From positions 864,001 through 928,000 of the forward strand of contig CBDHDF010000011.1 in assembly GCA_965261545.1 (NCBI GenBank): a DNA stretch of 64,000 nt, read 5' to 3'. The notes under the pieces are model-generated. The model saw only the letters and a program-made list of their open reading frames with translations. It was not told the DNA's origin and made no database searches. This DNA comes from Bdellovibrionales bacterium. Its GTDB lineage: Bacteria > Bdellovibrionota > Bdellovibrionia > Bdellovibrionales > UBA1609. The position numbers and the translations under genes were made by a program. Shown in pieces: positions 40,982-53,737 of this stretch (position 1 is the first letter of the stretch; every line of letters begins with the position of its first letter).

Positions 40982-42422
40982 CCCGAGTTTGACAGCAGCA
41001 TCTGCGTTAAAATGCGAAATTTCCAGAAATTATAGTTCTCATTTAGGTACAATGGGGGAATACGAAGGAATTTGCCCCAAGTGTCTCATGGCTTTAGGTC
41101 ACTGTTAGTTTTTATAAAGCTTGTTCAAACTATAAACATCAGCCCGACCCGATCCGACCTCATCCCCCCATTCAACTCAAAGAGAAGTCCCTATTTTTTG
41201 GCCTCTAACTTGCATCCCTAAAGTGTTAGGGGGAAGCATGTACAGTTCAAATCATATAAGACATATCATTTTAAAACAGCGTGGAAAATCTCGGATTTAT
41301 CCTCTTTTTTTGTCTTGGGCTTTGGCTTTAGCCTTGGCTTTGATCTTCAATGGATGTGCGGATGTATCTATTGTTCCTTCACCTCCCATAGAGGCATCGT
41401 CTGTGGCTTCTCAAGATAATTTTTGTATTGATGATCCTCTAGAAAACGAATCCTTTCTAAAGATTATGTTTGTGGTGGATATCTCAGGAAGTAACGGCGC
41501 GACAGACAAAAATGGGTCCAAGCGTGCTGACAATATTGACAGATTTGTAGATGATTTGTCCCTGCAAGATCAAAAGCACTATCAATATGGAATCATCTTA
41601 TTTAATAACGAACCCAGGGCTCTTATTCATGACAGTGGTGACAAAACGAAGGCCACTTTTACAAAGGATTCCAATGAAGTCAAATTAGCCACCAATAAAA
41701 TCCGGGCAAATCCCTTCCGTGGAGGTACACAGTATGGACTGGCCCTCATGATGACAAAAAGTGCCATTGAGAATGACATGTTGAAGTTTCCCGATGAAAG
41801 GTCAAAATATATCGTATTTCTTATTTCAGATGGACGACCAAATGATGGAGATAATAAATCCACAGTTTCCAGTCTTGTCAATACGGTCGGTGGGAGTGAA
41901 ATTTATTTAAGCACAGCCTTTTATGGCAATGGCGGTGCCGGTGCGATTAAGATACTTGAAGATATGGCAAAAGTGGGTGGTGGAAATTTTGTCAATTTTG
42001 AGAGTGGTGACAAATGGGATTTGGATCAACTTTTTGTCACCAATACTGTGATACCATGGAGTCTTAAGGAATTTTTGGTTTACAATCTCAATGCTGGATT
42101 TTGTTTTGACGGAAGGGTTGATGTGGACTCAGATGCAGATGGAATGTGTGATCGCGATGAAAGGACAATGAACAATTTGTATGCTGAAGAATTAAAGAAG
42201 GAGGGGAAAACCTTTGATCCCGCCAACCGCTTTAGTTTTGGAGATGGCTATGGAGACTTTTTTCACTGGCTGCGCTTTAGGTATCCGGGAACATTGTTCC
42301 CAGCATGTCAGGATCGTTCTGACCAAGACTTTGATTTACTGACAAAATGTGAAGAACATGAAATTAGGACGCGCAGTGGTCGTACGCAAGGTCTTACGAT
42401 GACGAGGGGAAACCCTGAAGCT

Positions 42423-44334
42423 CCCGAGTTTGACAGCAGCATCTGCGTTAAAATGCGAAATTTCCAGAAATTGGGGTTGTACTGAAATATAATGGTAGCT
42501 GCTGGAAAAATTAAAATTGACGTAAAAAAAGTGTAGAAAACAAAATAGGATTTTATCGTTTTAAATATTGATATATCATAGAAATATGTAGAAAATATCC
42601 TCATGTACATCCAAACGACTAAAAACTCAAAAGGTCAGTGCTACTACCACCTTGTGGAGTCCTACAGAGAAAAAGGCAAATCCAAAAAACGCATGCTCAT
42701 GTCCTTAGGTAAGGCTGGAGAAGGAGGAGAGGATAAGATTAATAGTTTGGCGCAGGCGTATCCCGCCACCGAGAGCTTCTCACTGTGAGTCAATTGGCTA
42801 AGGAGCTTTACATCGAAGAGACTTTCATTTTGGGTCCCTTGCTGATTTTACAAAAGTTGTTTGATCAACTGGGTATCAATAAGACCCTCAAAGACATAAA
42901 AGATTCTCATGAGAAAGTTCAATTTGATTTATGTAAGGTGATTTTTACCTTAGTTGCCAGCCGATTTATTGCTCCTAGTTCCAAGTTAAAGGTTTTTGAG
43001 TATTGGCAAAAATCTTTTTACCCAGACATGATTAAGGGTGATTTGAGTCTCCAGCATATTTATCGGTCTATGGACTTACTTGCCTCCCATAAGGATGAAA
43101 TAGAGAACTCGCTTTATTGGGTGGGGCGAGATTTATTTAATTTCCAAGTAGACATTGTGTTGTATGATTTAACAACCTTACGCTTCGAGAGTACAAGAAC
43201 AGACTTAGGGAAACTTCGTCAATTTGGCTATAGTAAAGAGAGACGATCAGACTGCACCCAAGTTGTCTTTGGTTTGTTGGTGAATCGGGATGGCATCCCT
43301 TTAGGTTTTGAGGTTTTCCCTGGTAATACTTTTGAAGGCAAGACGCTTTCAGATATTGTTGATAAAATGAGAAAAAAGTTTAATGTACGCCGTTTCATTT
43401 TTGTGGCTGATAGGGGGCTTTTATCAAAGGCTAATACTGACAAACTCAGTGAGGATCAAAGCGAGTTTATTGTTGGTATGAAGCTTGGATCTTTAAAAAA
43501 AGAAAAGAAACAAGAGGTCTATGATTTAAATCGTTTTAGCTGGGTATATGAGAATGAGCTTGCTGTTTACGAAACAGACCATGGGGGGCATAGATGTATT
43601 GTGACTTGGTCTAGGAAAAGAGCAGAGAGGGATAAAAAATCTAGAGAATCCCTTCTTGAAAAGATCGAAGGAAAACTATCTTCTAAAGGTGTTCAGTCTA
43701 GTACTTTTGTTTCCAATAAAGGTTATAAGAAATATGTAAAGATGGCTGACGACAAAAATAAAAAACCTGAATTAAATGCAGAACAAATAGAATTAGATGA
43801 AAAAATTGATGGTTTTTTTGCCGTCCTTACAAATGTCAAAGACTTGACGGCAGATGAGATTATTATCAACTACAAAGAATTGTGGAAAATTGAAGATGCT
43901 TTTGGTGAGTTAAAAGGGACTTTGAAAACACGTCCTGTTTTCCATTGGACAGACCAGAGGATTATTGGACATTTAACTCTATGCTTTTTAACTTATCTTT
44001 GTGAGGCCCACCTTACAAAATGTTTAAGAGATAAGAAGATGAACCTAAAAAGCCCAGCCATAGGCATTGGTCATGTTAAAGAGCGACCTTTAACTGTTGT
44101 AGAGGCCATGAGGGAACTCAAGGAAGTTAGGGCTATCCCTGTTAAAATTCGTGATCAAGTCATTTGGACCCGCACAGATATCACTGGCAATGCCAACTCC
44201 TTATTTAAAGCCGCAGGCGTCCCCATCCCTCCCAGAATCCTTAATGCCCACAAGTGTGGATAAACAAAATACAACTATATGCGTTAATCCTTTAATATCA
44301 TTCGTTTGACGCAGATGCTGCTGTCAAACTCGGG
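42423..44334 (+). mobile_element. IS1634-E element
   Basis: TIR CCCGAGTTTGACAGCAGCATCTGCGT at both ends. Confidence 0.93.
42603..44263 (+). pseudogene. IS1634 transposase, frameshift near 42760
   Basis: Two ORFs collinear with 46059-47720. Confidence 0.88.
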
Positions 44335-44849
44335 AGACATGCTGAGCCTGATCCTATAGGGGAAGATGGAGGCGTTTCTAAGGGGGGTGTGGCTTCCCCT
44401 AGAAGAACCTGCTGATTGAATTCTGTGGAGGAGACCGAAACTTCCTTGGGCTTTTCGAACTGGGCCACAGGAAGGCTTGGAGGCTCCGCAGAGCAAATTT
44501 CAGGAGAACATGAAGATGAACATGACTCTGCTTCTGAGCACACCGAAAAGGCTGGAGATTTTGGCTCTATACCTCCTGTACGCCCCTTTTTGGCAATGAC
44601 CCTATGGGCTTTCGCATACTCTGAAACCGTAGATCGACCTACATGTAGCCTTTTCGCTATTTTACGAAATGAGTGACCTGCTATAATTAATGTTAATATC
44701 TCTTCTTGTTTTTGTTTATTCAAGACGTTCATCCTTCCCTCCCAGGTTGTTTTCTAGAAGGTATTTTACAATACGCCTTGTCAGATATTAAATTTTAAAT
44801 GGCCTGGTTTGCCCGCCCACAAATGGCCTGGTTTGCCCTCCCCTCCGGG
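44335..44849 (-). mobile_element. IS21-B-related left-end fragment with istA N-terminus
   Basis: MNVLNKQKQEEIL; similar to 10087-10560. Confidence 0.85.
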
Positions 44850-45357
44850 GAAAGTTGGAGAACCGAATCGGCAAAAGCCAAGTCTAAACAGAGCAAAGAG
44901 GAAAGTTCAACCAAAGAAGTTCATTAGAGATCCCCACTTTTGGGGAAGGAACTCGCCAGTTATCCACAAAATTTATCCACAGCAGCACTGCGTTGCTAGA
45001 CATCGGGGTCACAGCCGCAGTGTCGCCATGGATAAATTTATGGATAACTGGCTTTTACCGTACTATTTGCTCGTCACTCTCGCGGAGCTTTAGACATTAG
45101 CTGCGCCAAGGAATCCTGAAAAATACTCCATTTACCTCTGCCATAGGGCTGAAGGATGCATTTGGGGTCATGCCAAAAGTGGTGGGCAGAAAATCATTCC
45201 TCAGAATCTTGTGGCATAGTCCGAGTTAAATGATGAGCAAAATAAAGACACTTGACTAAACTCTGAACGAAGAATAACTAAATCAGTACATCATCAACTG
45301 GCCGTTTTTCATTGGCGACGGCTTCTAAAAATGGCCAATTTTAATTGGCGCCTAACA
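44850..45357 (+). mobile_element. IS21-A right-end fragment
   Basis: Ends GGCGCCTAACA. Confidence 0.92.
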
Positions 45358-45933
45358 GACGGGTCGCTCCACTCGTTATACGGCGGCTCTCGACCGTGAA
45401 AATATCAAGGATAACCCAGATGGAGAGGAAAGTGTTCTTGTGCAGATAAAACAGCATAGAAACCCTTTGTTCAAAGATCCCGACGTGGCTGCCTATGATA
45501 CAAGGTTAACACCCCTCAATGATGTGAAAAAAGACTGCTATAGTTTTCAACAAAGGGTGCTCCCGGTCTACGAAACACTGGCTGTGCCAGCGGGCAATAC
45601 CCTTCCAGGGCTTGAGCATGAGGCCCATGAAAATGCTGTTCTTGTTTACTATATCCAGGTTTTACAAGACGATCCTGATAGCATGGGGATTCTTAAGCAC
45701 AGTGTGCAAAAACTAGGAACAGACCCCTTGCTCAACGGCCTTCAGGTAAAAGATGGTACATTTCGTGAGTACAGTCCTCCCGATTCCCGATCTCCATAGC
45801 ACGACGAGAGACCTCCATCAGATTGCTCTAAATTGTGTGAAACCAATTTAACTTTCATTTGTCCTTCCTTCTTTGCCTCTAGGCTTGCTACTCCTTCTCC
45901 GGAGGGCCAACAGTGTAATTGTTGTTGTTATCT

Positions 45934-47892
45934 CCCGAGTTTGACAGAAGCATTTGCGTCAAACATGTAGTATCAAGTACTTAACGCACACAGTTGTTTT
46001 TTGTGCCACCACAAATCGGAGGATCAGACTGAATGCGTTATTTTGAGCCTGCTTTTTTCTACCTACATGGTTGAATCTCCCCACACTTGAGTAGTTTGGG
46101 AGGAATAGCCCGTCCTGTGGCTCGAAATAAGGCCGCTGCATTACCGGCAATATCTGTGCGTACCCACACGGTACGATGACCTATTTTAACAGGTATAGCT
46201 TTGACCTCCCGTAATTCCTTCATAGCTTCCACTATGGTCAAGGCCCTTGGCTTTATAGCTTTATCCTCAATAGCTTGGCTTTTTAAAGCTAACTTTTTGT
46301 CTCTGAGCCTCTTTGTTAAATGAGCCTCACATAAATAAGCCAAGAAACACAAGACCAGGTGACCGATAATTCTATTATCGGTCCAATGAAAAATAGGACG
46401 GGTTTTCAAAGTTCCTTTTAGCTCCCCAAAGGCATCTTCTATCTTCCAAAGCTCCTTATAATTCTTAAGGATTTCGCTAGATTTCACGTCTTTGACGTTA
46501 GTTACAATAGCAAAAAAGCCATCCTTTTTTTCTTCTTCATCTATGAATTTTACATTAAGTATGGGTTTCTGATCTTTACTGTCAGGAATATGTACATATT
46601 TTTTATAACCTTTATTGGAAATAAAAGTATTGATTTTGACGCTCTTGGATGATAATTTCTTTTTAACCTTCTCAATAATTTCTGATCGAATTTTTCGATC
46701 TCTTTTAGCTCTCTGACAAGACCAAGTGACAATACATCTATATTTTTCAAATTCCTTTTCATAAATGGCCAATTCGTCTTTTATAACCCAACTAAAGTTA
46801 TCAATATTGTAAGCATCCTCCTTGAAATCCTTTTTCAAGGTACCCAATTTCATGCCTACAATAAACTCCCCATTACAATCACTCAGTGTTCTCAAATTAT
46901 CTTTGGAAAAAAGCCCTCGATCCGCCACAAAAATAAAACGCCCAACACAGAACTTCTTTCTCATCTTATCAACTATGCTAGAAATAGTGTGACCCTCAAA
47001 AGTATTTCCAGGATAAACCTCAAAGCCCAAGGGGATTCCATCTCGGTCAACCAAAAGACCAAAAATAACCTGAGTGCAGTCAGAACGCATCTCTTTACTG
47101 TAACCAAACTGGCGAAGATCCCCTAAATCCGTTCTCGTACTTTCAAAACGAAGTGTGGTGAGATCATATAGAACAATGTCTACCTGTCGATTAAATAAGT
47201 CCCTATCTCTATGAAATAAAGACATCTCAATGTCGTCTTTATGCTGGGAAAGCAGGTCTATGGCTCTATAAAATTGGTGTAATTGGATATCTCCTTCCAA
47301 CATATCAGGATAAAATAAATTTTGCCAATGTTCAAAAATCTTTAATTTTGATCCGGGCTGAACAAAACGGCTAGCAACAATGGTAAATACGATCTTTTGT
47401 AAATCAAATTTGATTTTCTTATGAGAGTCTGTGATTTCCTTGAGAGCATCGTTGATTCCCAAATCTTCAAACATTTTTTCCAAAATAAGGAGGGGACCCA
47501 AAATAAAAGTCTTGTCAATGGAGACGCTTTTAGCCAATTCCGCAACTGTAAGAATCTCCTTATGACGCTTCGCAGAATTGAGTAAGCTATCTAAATTGCC
47601 ATCCTCGACACGGCCCAAAGAAAGTAAGGTACGCTTGCGAACTTTCTTACCCTCTCGGTAGGACTCCACGATGTGGTAGTAGGTCTGTCCAGCCTGATTT
47701 TTGACTTTCCGTATGAACATAAGGAAATGTGACTACTAAAAATGAATAAGATCAAGTGATAACAGTAATGTGAATGATTTTTCTTCATATTTTGTTTACC
47801 ACACTTTTTTCCGCAAATTCGCTCTACTATGGATATATTTTAGCTCAGACCAATTTTAGCCATTTAACACACCTGCTGCTGTCAAACTCGGG
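45934..47892 (-). mobile_element. IS1634-G element
   Basis: TIR CCCGAGTTTGACAG. Confidence 0.93.
46059..47720 (-). CDS. IS1634 transposase, intact
   Basis: YDLTTLRFE, GYSKE, VADRG, YKELWKIEDAF. Confidence 0.95.
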   Translation of the reverse strand: MFIRKVKNQAGQTYYHIVESYREGKKVRKRTLLSLGRVEDGNLDSLLNSAKRHKEILTVAELAKSVSIDKTFILGPLLILEKMFEDLGINDALKEITDSHKKIKFDLQKIVFTIVASRFVQPGSKLKIFEHWQNLFYPDMLEGDIQLHQFYRAIDLLSQHKDDIEMSLFHRDRDLFNRQVDIVLYDLTTLRFESTRTDLGDLRQFGYSKEMRSDCTQVIFGLLVDRDGIPLGFEVYPGNTFEGHTISSIVDKMRKKFCVGRFIFVADRGLFSKDNLRTLSDCNGEFIVGMKLGTLKKDFKEDAYNIDNFSWVIKDELAIYEKEFEKYRCIVTWSCQRAKRDRKIRSEIIEKVKKKLSSKSVKINTFISNKGYKKYVHIPDSKDQKPILNVKFIDEEEKKDGFFAIVTNVKDVKSSEILKNYKELWKIEDAFGELKGTLKTRPIFHWTDNRIIGHLVLCFLAYLCEAHLTKRLRDKKLALKSQAIEDKAIKPRALTIVEAMKELREVKAIPVKIGHRTVWVRTDIAGNAAALFRATGRAIPPKLLKCGEIQPCR

Positions 47893-48149
47893 ACAATCTC
47901 ATCCATGGAAACATATGGTGACATCTTGCTATCATAAAGAAAGTTAATTCTCCCAATGGCATGAATAATCCCCGCAGCCCAAATTTCTACTCTTCCTGTC
48001 ATGTAAGGGACTTGTCTTTTTCGAGACATTCTTGCTACTACACCGTGACAGAGGTTTTTATACTCATCGTTTATATATTGGTCACAAAAATCACTAATAG
48101 CCTTTTCAAGTTCTTTCCTTCTTGGTTGAATGATTTGCTTCTTTTTCAT
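47893..48149 (-). pseudogene. DUF6398-like gene, 5' part
   Basis: FCDQYINDEY..WAAGIIHAIGRINFL; AGGAGG RBS. Confidence 0.8.
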
Positions 48150-48260
48150 TGGGCCTCCTGTTAACCTTATTACCATGTTTCACCTCATGATAAAGGATTA
48201 TCGCTATGAGTTTATGCCCAGAAGGCCTCGAAACCAAGGTCCACCCTGCCAAGGTATCTA

Positions 48261-50406
48261 GTTCCTGTCCAGGGAAGAAAGTTAAGTAGTTTTAAGTATT
48301 TACATGCCTTCCCTTTAGATTTTATGCTTTAAAATGGAGTCCATCAAACATAATCCGTGTAAATTCAGTTACTTACATAAAACGGAAAAATAAAATAAGT
48401 TCCCCCCCCCTCTCTTGACGAACCTTTCACAGCCCCTCCCTTTCAGTGACTTATGTGGCTATCAACTGGTTACTTGATATGAGAGGAAGAGTTGGATCAA
48501 CCTGTGTTTCCACCGTGGTGATTTCAAACCTCCTTCAGGGAAATAACATTACGTTGCGCATCAACTTCAAAAAATACTTGACGTGTTTTTTCAGAGAAAT
48601 AATTTTTGATATTTTATTCTTCATTTATTTTTTATGTAGGTTTTAGGAGGCGTGGGAACCTCTCTATGAGGTAGAATTCTTATCCATGTTCTCCGAGAAC
48701 CTCTCTGATTTTTTTCTTCTTAAAAGACATCCTTGCTCACTTTTTTCCCTCAAAAAAACGTATGTTAATATAAAAATTAAAGAGAAACTTTCACCAAAGG
48801 GGGGACTATGCGCCATTTGAAGAAGACACAGTTGGGACTCTTTTCCCAATATCCTAACCACCAACTCAGTACAGAATTGCAGCAAATTAATAACATCATT
48901 GATCGCCATCCAGAGTTTGCCCATATGGTTCATGAAGACCTTGTTAAAGAAAAGAAAGATTCTGGTGATATTGGTATGACATCGGAGCAAGTTCTCAAGG
49001 TGGCTATTCTTAAATCCATAAGAGGTCTTTCCTATCGTGCGTTAGCCTTTAATCTTGTCGATTCAGTATCCACCAGAGCTTTTCTGGGCCTTGAATTGGA
49101 AGAAAATTACGCTCACTCCACCTTACAGGACTTGATTGTTCAAATAAGTGAAGAAACTTGGGGAATTATTAGCGCCTCTTTAGTTTCAGATGCAAGAGAT
49201 CAAAAGATTGAGCCGTGTAAGAAAATGAGATTGGACAGTACAGTGACGAAATCAAATATTCATCATCCAACGGATGCATCGCTTTTATATGACTGCATAA
49301 GAGTTACAGAAAGAGAATTTAAAAAAGTTCGTAAAAATGTCATGAAAGATTTTTGGCGACTTATTTCAAGAGAAGATCTTAAGAGAGCAAAAACCTTGCT
49401 TTACAAAATTAATAATTCCAAAAATGATGCGGAAAGACTACCTTGCTATAAGGAGCTTTTAAAAATCGCTACCAAATTGAACAAAGGATTACCTGATACC
49501 ATCAGAAAGATAAAAAAAGAACAAAAATGTGTGAAGATGAATGCTTTGAAAAAGAGTCTAAAACAGTTAGAAAATGTTGCCTTCTACCTGGAAAAAATCA
49601 TCTTTCAAACTCAAAAAAGAGTTATTGAGGGGAAAAAAGTATCTTCTGAAAAAAAGGTCCTATCCATCTTTGAACCGCATACAGACATTATTGTAAAGGG
49701 GCAAAGAGAAGTCGAGTTTGGGCATAAAATCTTTTTGACCTCAGGGCAAAGCAACATGATTTTAGATTGTCAGATCCCTGATGGCAACCCCGCAGACTCT
49801 GATATGTTTTTAAAAGTTATGAATTCAGTGACACAAACCTATGGGGCTTGCCCTGTAAAAGTAAGTGCAGATGGTGGGTTTGCTTCAAAAGAAAATCTTG
49901 AAGAGGCCAAAGAGATGGGGGCTAAAGATGTTTGCTTCCCAGAAAAAAAAGGAATGAAAATATTAAAGATGGTTAAAAGTGCTTGGGTCTTTAAAAATCT
50001 TCTCAATTGGAGAGCCGGAATAGAGGCTGTTATTTCATTCCTTAAGAGATGTTTTGGTATGAGAGTTGCTTACTGGAAAGGGCATGATGGTTTTAAGAGG
50101 TATGTAAAGAATGCCGTTTGTGCCTATAATTTTGTTGTCTTGGCAAGACATGAATTATCAACTGTCACCTAAATTTATCCATTAGGAATAACAGCAATGG
50201 ACCAGGTCGAAGGTGCTAAAATCTTCCAAAGGTAGGGGTGCGTCTTCAAATCGAAAAAACTAGGGCGCAAGTCGCTTAAAGACCTTTTTCCCCTTAATCT
50301 GTAGAGTTTGTGTGGCAAATCTCCAACTCTCACTCCCCCATTGAGGCATTGGGAGGCTCAATGGGGAGTGTCAGAGAACAAAAAATGGGCCTTTCTGGAC
50401 AGAAAC
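48261..50406 (+). mobile_element. IS-C, intact copy
   Basis: TIRs; TSD TATCTA. Confidence 0.95.
48808..50172 (+). CDS. IS5/ISNCY-like transposase
   Basis: DSTVTKSNIHHPTD, EFGHK, ADGGF, WRAGIEAVISFLKR. Confidence 0.93.
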   Translation: MRHLKKTQLGLFSQYPNHQLSTELQQINNIIDRHPEFAHMVHEDLVKEKKDSGDIGMTSEQVLKVAILKSIRGLSYRALAFNLVDSVSTRAFLGLELEENYAHSTLQDLIVQISEETWGIISASLVSDARDQKIEPCKKMRLDSTVTKSNIHHPTDASLLYDCIRVTEREFKKVRKNVMKDFWRLISREDLKRAKTLLYKINNSKNDAERLPCYKELLKIATKLNKGLPDTIRKIKKEQKCVKMNALKKSLKQLENVAFYLEKIIFQTQKRVIEGKKVSSEKKVLSIFEPHTDIIVKGQREVEFGHKIFLTSGQSNMILDCQIPDGNPADSDMFLKVMNSVTQTYGACPVKVSADGGFASKENLEEAKEMGAKDVCFPEKKGMKILKMVKSAWVFKNLLNWRAGIEAVISFLKRCFGMRVAYWKGHDGFKRYVKNAVCAYNFVVLARHELSTVT

Positions 50407-51986
50407 TATCTATTATCGTCACAGAATCCGATCCTCTGATTCAACTGGCCAACCACGTCGATTGGAGCTATCTGTCGTGTCTTGTCATGCCCGACTTAAA
50501 AGCCACGACTGCAAAGGGTTTTTGGTGGCTAGGAAGAAAGCTCTTTTTAAGAGTTCATCTAGCCGTGCTGCTGCTTCAGGTTCTATTCAAACTCACGGAT
50601 CGAGGGGTGGAGCAACGGATAAAAGAGACGGCCAGTTATCAGCTTTTTTGTGGTCTAAATATCCTCAAAAAATGGTGTTGTCCCGATCATACGAAAATAG
50701 AAAAATTTCGCAATCGACTGACGGAAGAGACTCACAAAGAAATAGGAGATTATATTCTTCGCTTGGCTCAATCCCTGGGGTTTGCAGACGCCTCTCATTT
50801 GGATGTCGATTCGACCGTTCAGGAAGCCAATATGGCTTATCCCTCCGATGCTGTTAGGCGCCAATTAAAATTGGCCATTTTTAGAAGCCGTCGCCAATGA
50901 AAAACGGCCAGTTGATGATGTACTGATTTAGTTATTCTTCGTTCAGAGTTTAGTCAAGTGTCTTTATTTTGCTCATCATTTAACTCGGACTATGCCACAA
51001 GATTCTGAGGAATGATTTTCTGCCCACCACTTTTGGCATGACCCCAAATGCATCCTTCAGCCCTATGGCAGAGGTAAATGGAGTATTTTTCAGGATTCCT
51101 TGGCGCAGCTAATGTCTAAAGCTCCGCGAGAGTGACGAGCAAATAGTACGGTAAAAGCCAGTTATCCATAAATTTATCCATGGCGACACTGCGGCTGTGA
51201 CCCCGATGTCTAGCAACGCAGTGCTGCTGTGGATAAATTTTGTGGATAACTGGCGAGTTCCTTCCCCAAAAGTGGGGATCTCTAATGAACTTCTTTGGTT
51301 GAACTTTCCTCTTTGCTCTGTTTAGACTTGGCTTTTGCCGATTCGGTTCTCCAACTTTCTTTTCCTTCAATGTTGAGGGTTTCACAGTTGTGAATAATTC
51401 GATCAACAGCAGCAGCGGTGGTAATAGGGTTAAGAAACACCTTATCCCATTCAGAGTAAGTTAAGTTTGTAGTGATCATGAGACTTTTCCTTTCATATCG
51501 CTGAGATATGAATTGAAAGAAAAGATCAGCACCCTCTGTGCAGGAAGCTGTATAGCCAAGTTCATCACAAGCAATAAGATCAAAACGGTCTAATTTCTTA
51601 AAAAGAGCATTCAATGAGAGTTCTTTCTTGCTTTCACGCATTGTTTCAATAAGTTCATGAGTCAATGCCGTTTCCTTAAGCCACCACACCCCTCTGCCTC
51701 TGCGTTAAGCTATTTCTTTTAAAAGAACTCCCAGCCCTTTTGATAGACCTTTCATAGCTTCTTTTGAAGTGCCTCCTCTTCTCCATTGAAATCTTCATCA
51801 GCAACTTTATCTGCTTCCTAAATTTCTGATAGAGCCCCGCAACAAAAAGGGGGATGCTATCCATTATGAAATCAAGAATCAGTTTAAAGTTAGGTTTTTT
51901 GTAGTCATTTTTTACCAACTGATTCACACTGTCTTCATCCTCATTTATGCTCATTTGAATCTTTGTATAATTGAAGTGTACAATTG

Positions 51987-52333
51987 GTTACGGTAGGAAT
52001 GCGTGTTGCCACGCACCCCCCGCACAGATCCGGACGTGCTCGTTAAAGCATCCGGCTCCTACTTCAGGTGGTACCGCATAGCGAACCTATCTGTTGGCCA
52101 CGGGTGGCGTATGGATATACGAGGCCAGAATAGACGAATCATTCTATCCAACCTCTTCCACGAGAATCTCCGTCCACGCTGTGAGCGTCGTCGGATGGCT
52201 TTCATCCAAGCACTCCTGATTGCGCAAATAAATTTTCGTAGGTACACCGTACTTCCTGGAACCGCAAAATAATTGAGCCAGCCTTTGATGACCAAACCCA
52301 ACCACTTTGCACATTCCGCTAGGTCCCTCGTGT
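51987..52333 (-). mobile_element. Group II intron 3' fragment with maturase C-terminus
   Basis: GWLNYFAVPG..RRRSQR; domain V GAGCCGGATGC..CACGTCCGGATCTGTGCGGGG; ends CTACCGTAAC. Confidence 0.88.
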
Positions 52334-52690
52334 CAATGCCGTTTCCTTAAGAAAAATCTCTTGAAATTATTAGATAAATCGACAAGAATAAGACTTGTTT
52401 TATTTTACACCCAACCCTCAACCAAGGAGTAAGTCACATGCAATCCAATATTGATCTCGAAAGCCCCCAAATGACGAGTTCGCGTCACAGATGACCATTT
52501 TATTCTACCAAAACTTGATTCTTCCTTCAAGCCAGAGCACCTTGTCGATCCAGAAAAACAAAAAAGGAATCGAAAATTTAATCCTCAAATTTTCTTTTTT
52601 ACTATTATCTATCTTATTTCCGGAACAAATTACGAAGGCTACCAAATCGCTCTTAAGACGGTATGGACTCATTTTGGTGACCTGCTTCTC

Positions 52691-53737
52691 ATGCCAGTCA
52701 AAAGCAGTCTCAGCAAGATACGTCAAAGTATTTCTTACCTATTTTTTAAAAATATCTTTGAATCTCTGATTACAGACTACGAACCATTGAGAAAAACGTT
52801 TCATGGCTTTTATATCTATGCCATAGATGGCGACCAATTAGCACTTCCTCGCTCTAAAGATCTTTTAAAGGAGGGTTATTGTGGGTACCCTTGCCCAAAT
52901 GAGATGGAAACTCATTTCTTACGTATGTATCTATCTCATGCTTATGACGTTTTATCGGGTGTGACAAAGAATCTTTGCTTTTCTCCCGCTCTCAACGAAA
53001 TCGCCAATGCTATTCAAATGATAGGTAGTTTTGAGAGTAATAGCATAACTCTCTACGATAGGCTTTATTTATCTACAGAGATTATTAAGGCCCATGCTCA
53101 AGCCAGTAACTTCTTTATTGCGCGTTGTAAGCGAGGCTCTACTTTTATCCCCATCGTAAATTTATTTAATGGCCCAGGTTGGTATTCACAAATGGTTATT
53201 GAGGGGGTGGTCATTCATCTCTATAAGTATAAAAACCCAAAGACTGGGGAGTTCTCTGTTTTGGCCACTAATCTTCCGCATGGCTCCTTGGACAAGAAGG
53301 ATATGGTTGCTCTTTACTCTCGTCGTTGGGAAATAGAAACGACATTTCGTGATTTTACATCGACAATGAAAATGGAGCAGTGGCACTCAACAAGCCTTAA
53401 TGGAATATTGCAAGAGCTGTATTCTTATTTTTGGCTCTTCAATTATACAAAGATTCAAATGAGCATAAATGAGGATGAAGACAGTGTGAATCAGTTGGTA
53501 AAAAATGACTACAAAAAACCTAACTTTAAACTGATTCTTGATTTCATAATGGATAGCATCCCCCTTTTTGTTGCGGGGCTCTATCAGAAATTTAGGAAGC
53601 AGATAAAGTTGCTGATGAAGATTTCAATGGAGAAGAGGAGGCACTTCAAAAGAAGCTATGAAAGGTCTATCAAAAGGGCTGGGAGTTCTTTTAAAAGAAA
53701 TAGCTTAACGCAGAGGCAGAGGGGTGTGGTGGCTTAA
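52691..53737 (+). CDS. IS4 transposase
   Basis: IS4-B copy. Confidence 0.9.
   Translation: MPVKSSLSKIRQSISYLFFKNIFESLITDYEPLRKTFHGFYIYAIDGDQLALPRSKDLLKEGYCGYPCPNEMETHFLRMYLSHAYDVLSGVTKNLCFSPALNEIANAIQMIGSFESNSITLYDRLYLSTEIIKAHAQASNFFIARCKRGSTFIPIVNLFNGPGWYSQMVIEGVVIHLYKYKNPKTGEFSVLATNLPHGSLDKKDMVALYSRRWEIETTFRDFTSTMKMEQWHSTSLNGILQELYSYFWLFNYTKIQMSINEDEDSVNQLVKNDYKKPNFKLILDFIMDSIPLFVAGLYQKFRKQIKLLMKISMEKRRHFKRSYERSIKRAGSSFKRNSLTQRQRGVVA

Larger units (their letters stand above)
41238..45799 (+). pseudogene. vWA-domain lipoprotein (MtsD-like) disrupted by IS insertions; C-terminus at ~45358-45799
   Basis: Lipobox IFNGC, MIDAS DISGS, ISDGRP, DSDADG Ca-binding-type repeats. Confidence 0.75.
40982..47892. 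mobile_element. IS1634-bounded composite transposon with a 36-bp TSD
   Basis: CCCGAGTTTGACAG ends; 40946-40981 is identical to 47893-47928. Confidence 0.9.

Noticed and set aside
50310..50900. 196-aa ORF as a gene
   Set aside because: Chimera of the IS-C end, an IS-D fragment and the IS21-A end
51977..51986. TGTACAATTG at the intron 3' exon, also at 61104
   Set aside because: Only 10 bp; too little to call an empty intron target
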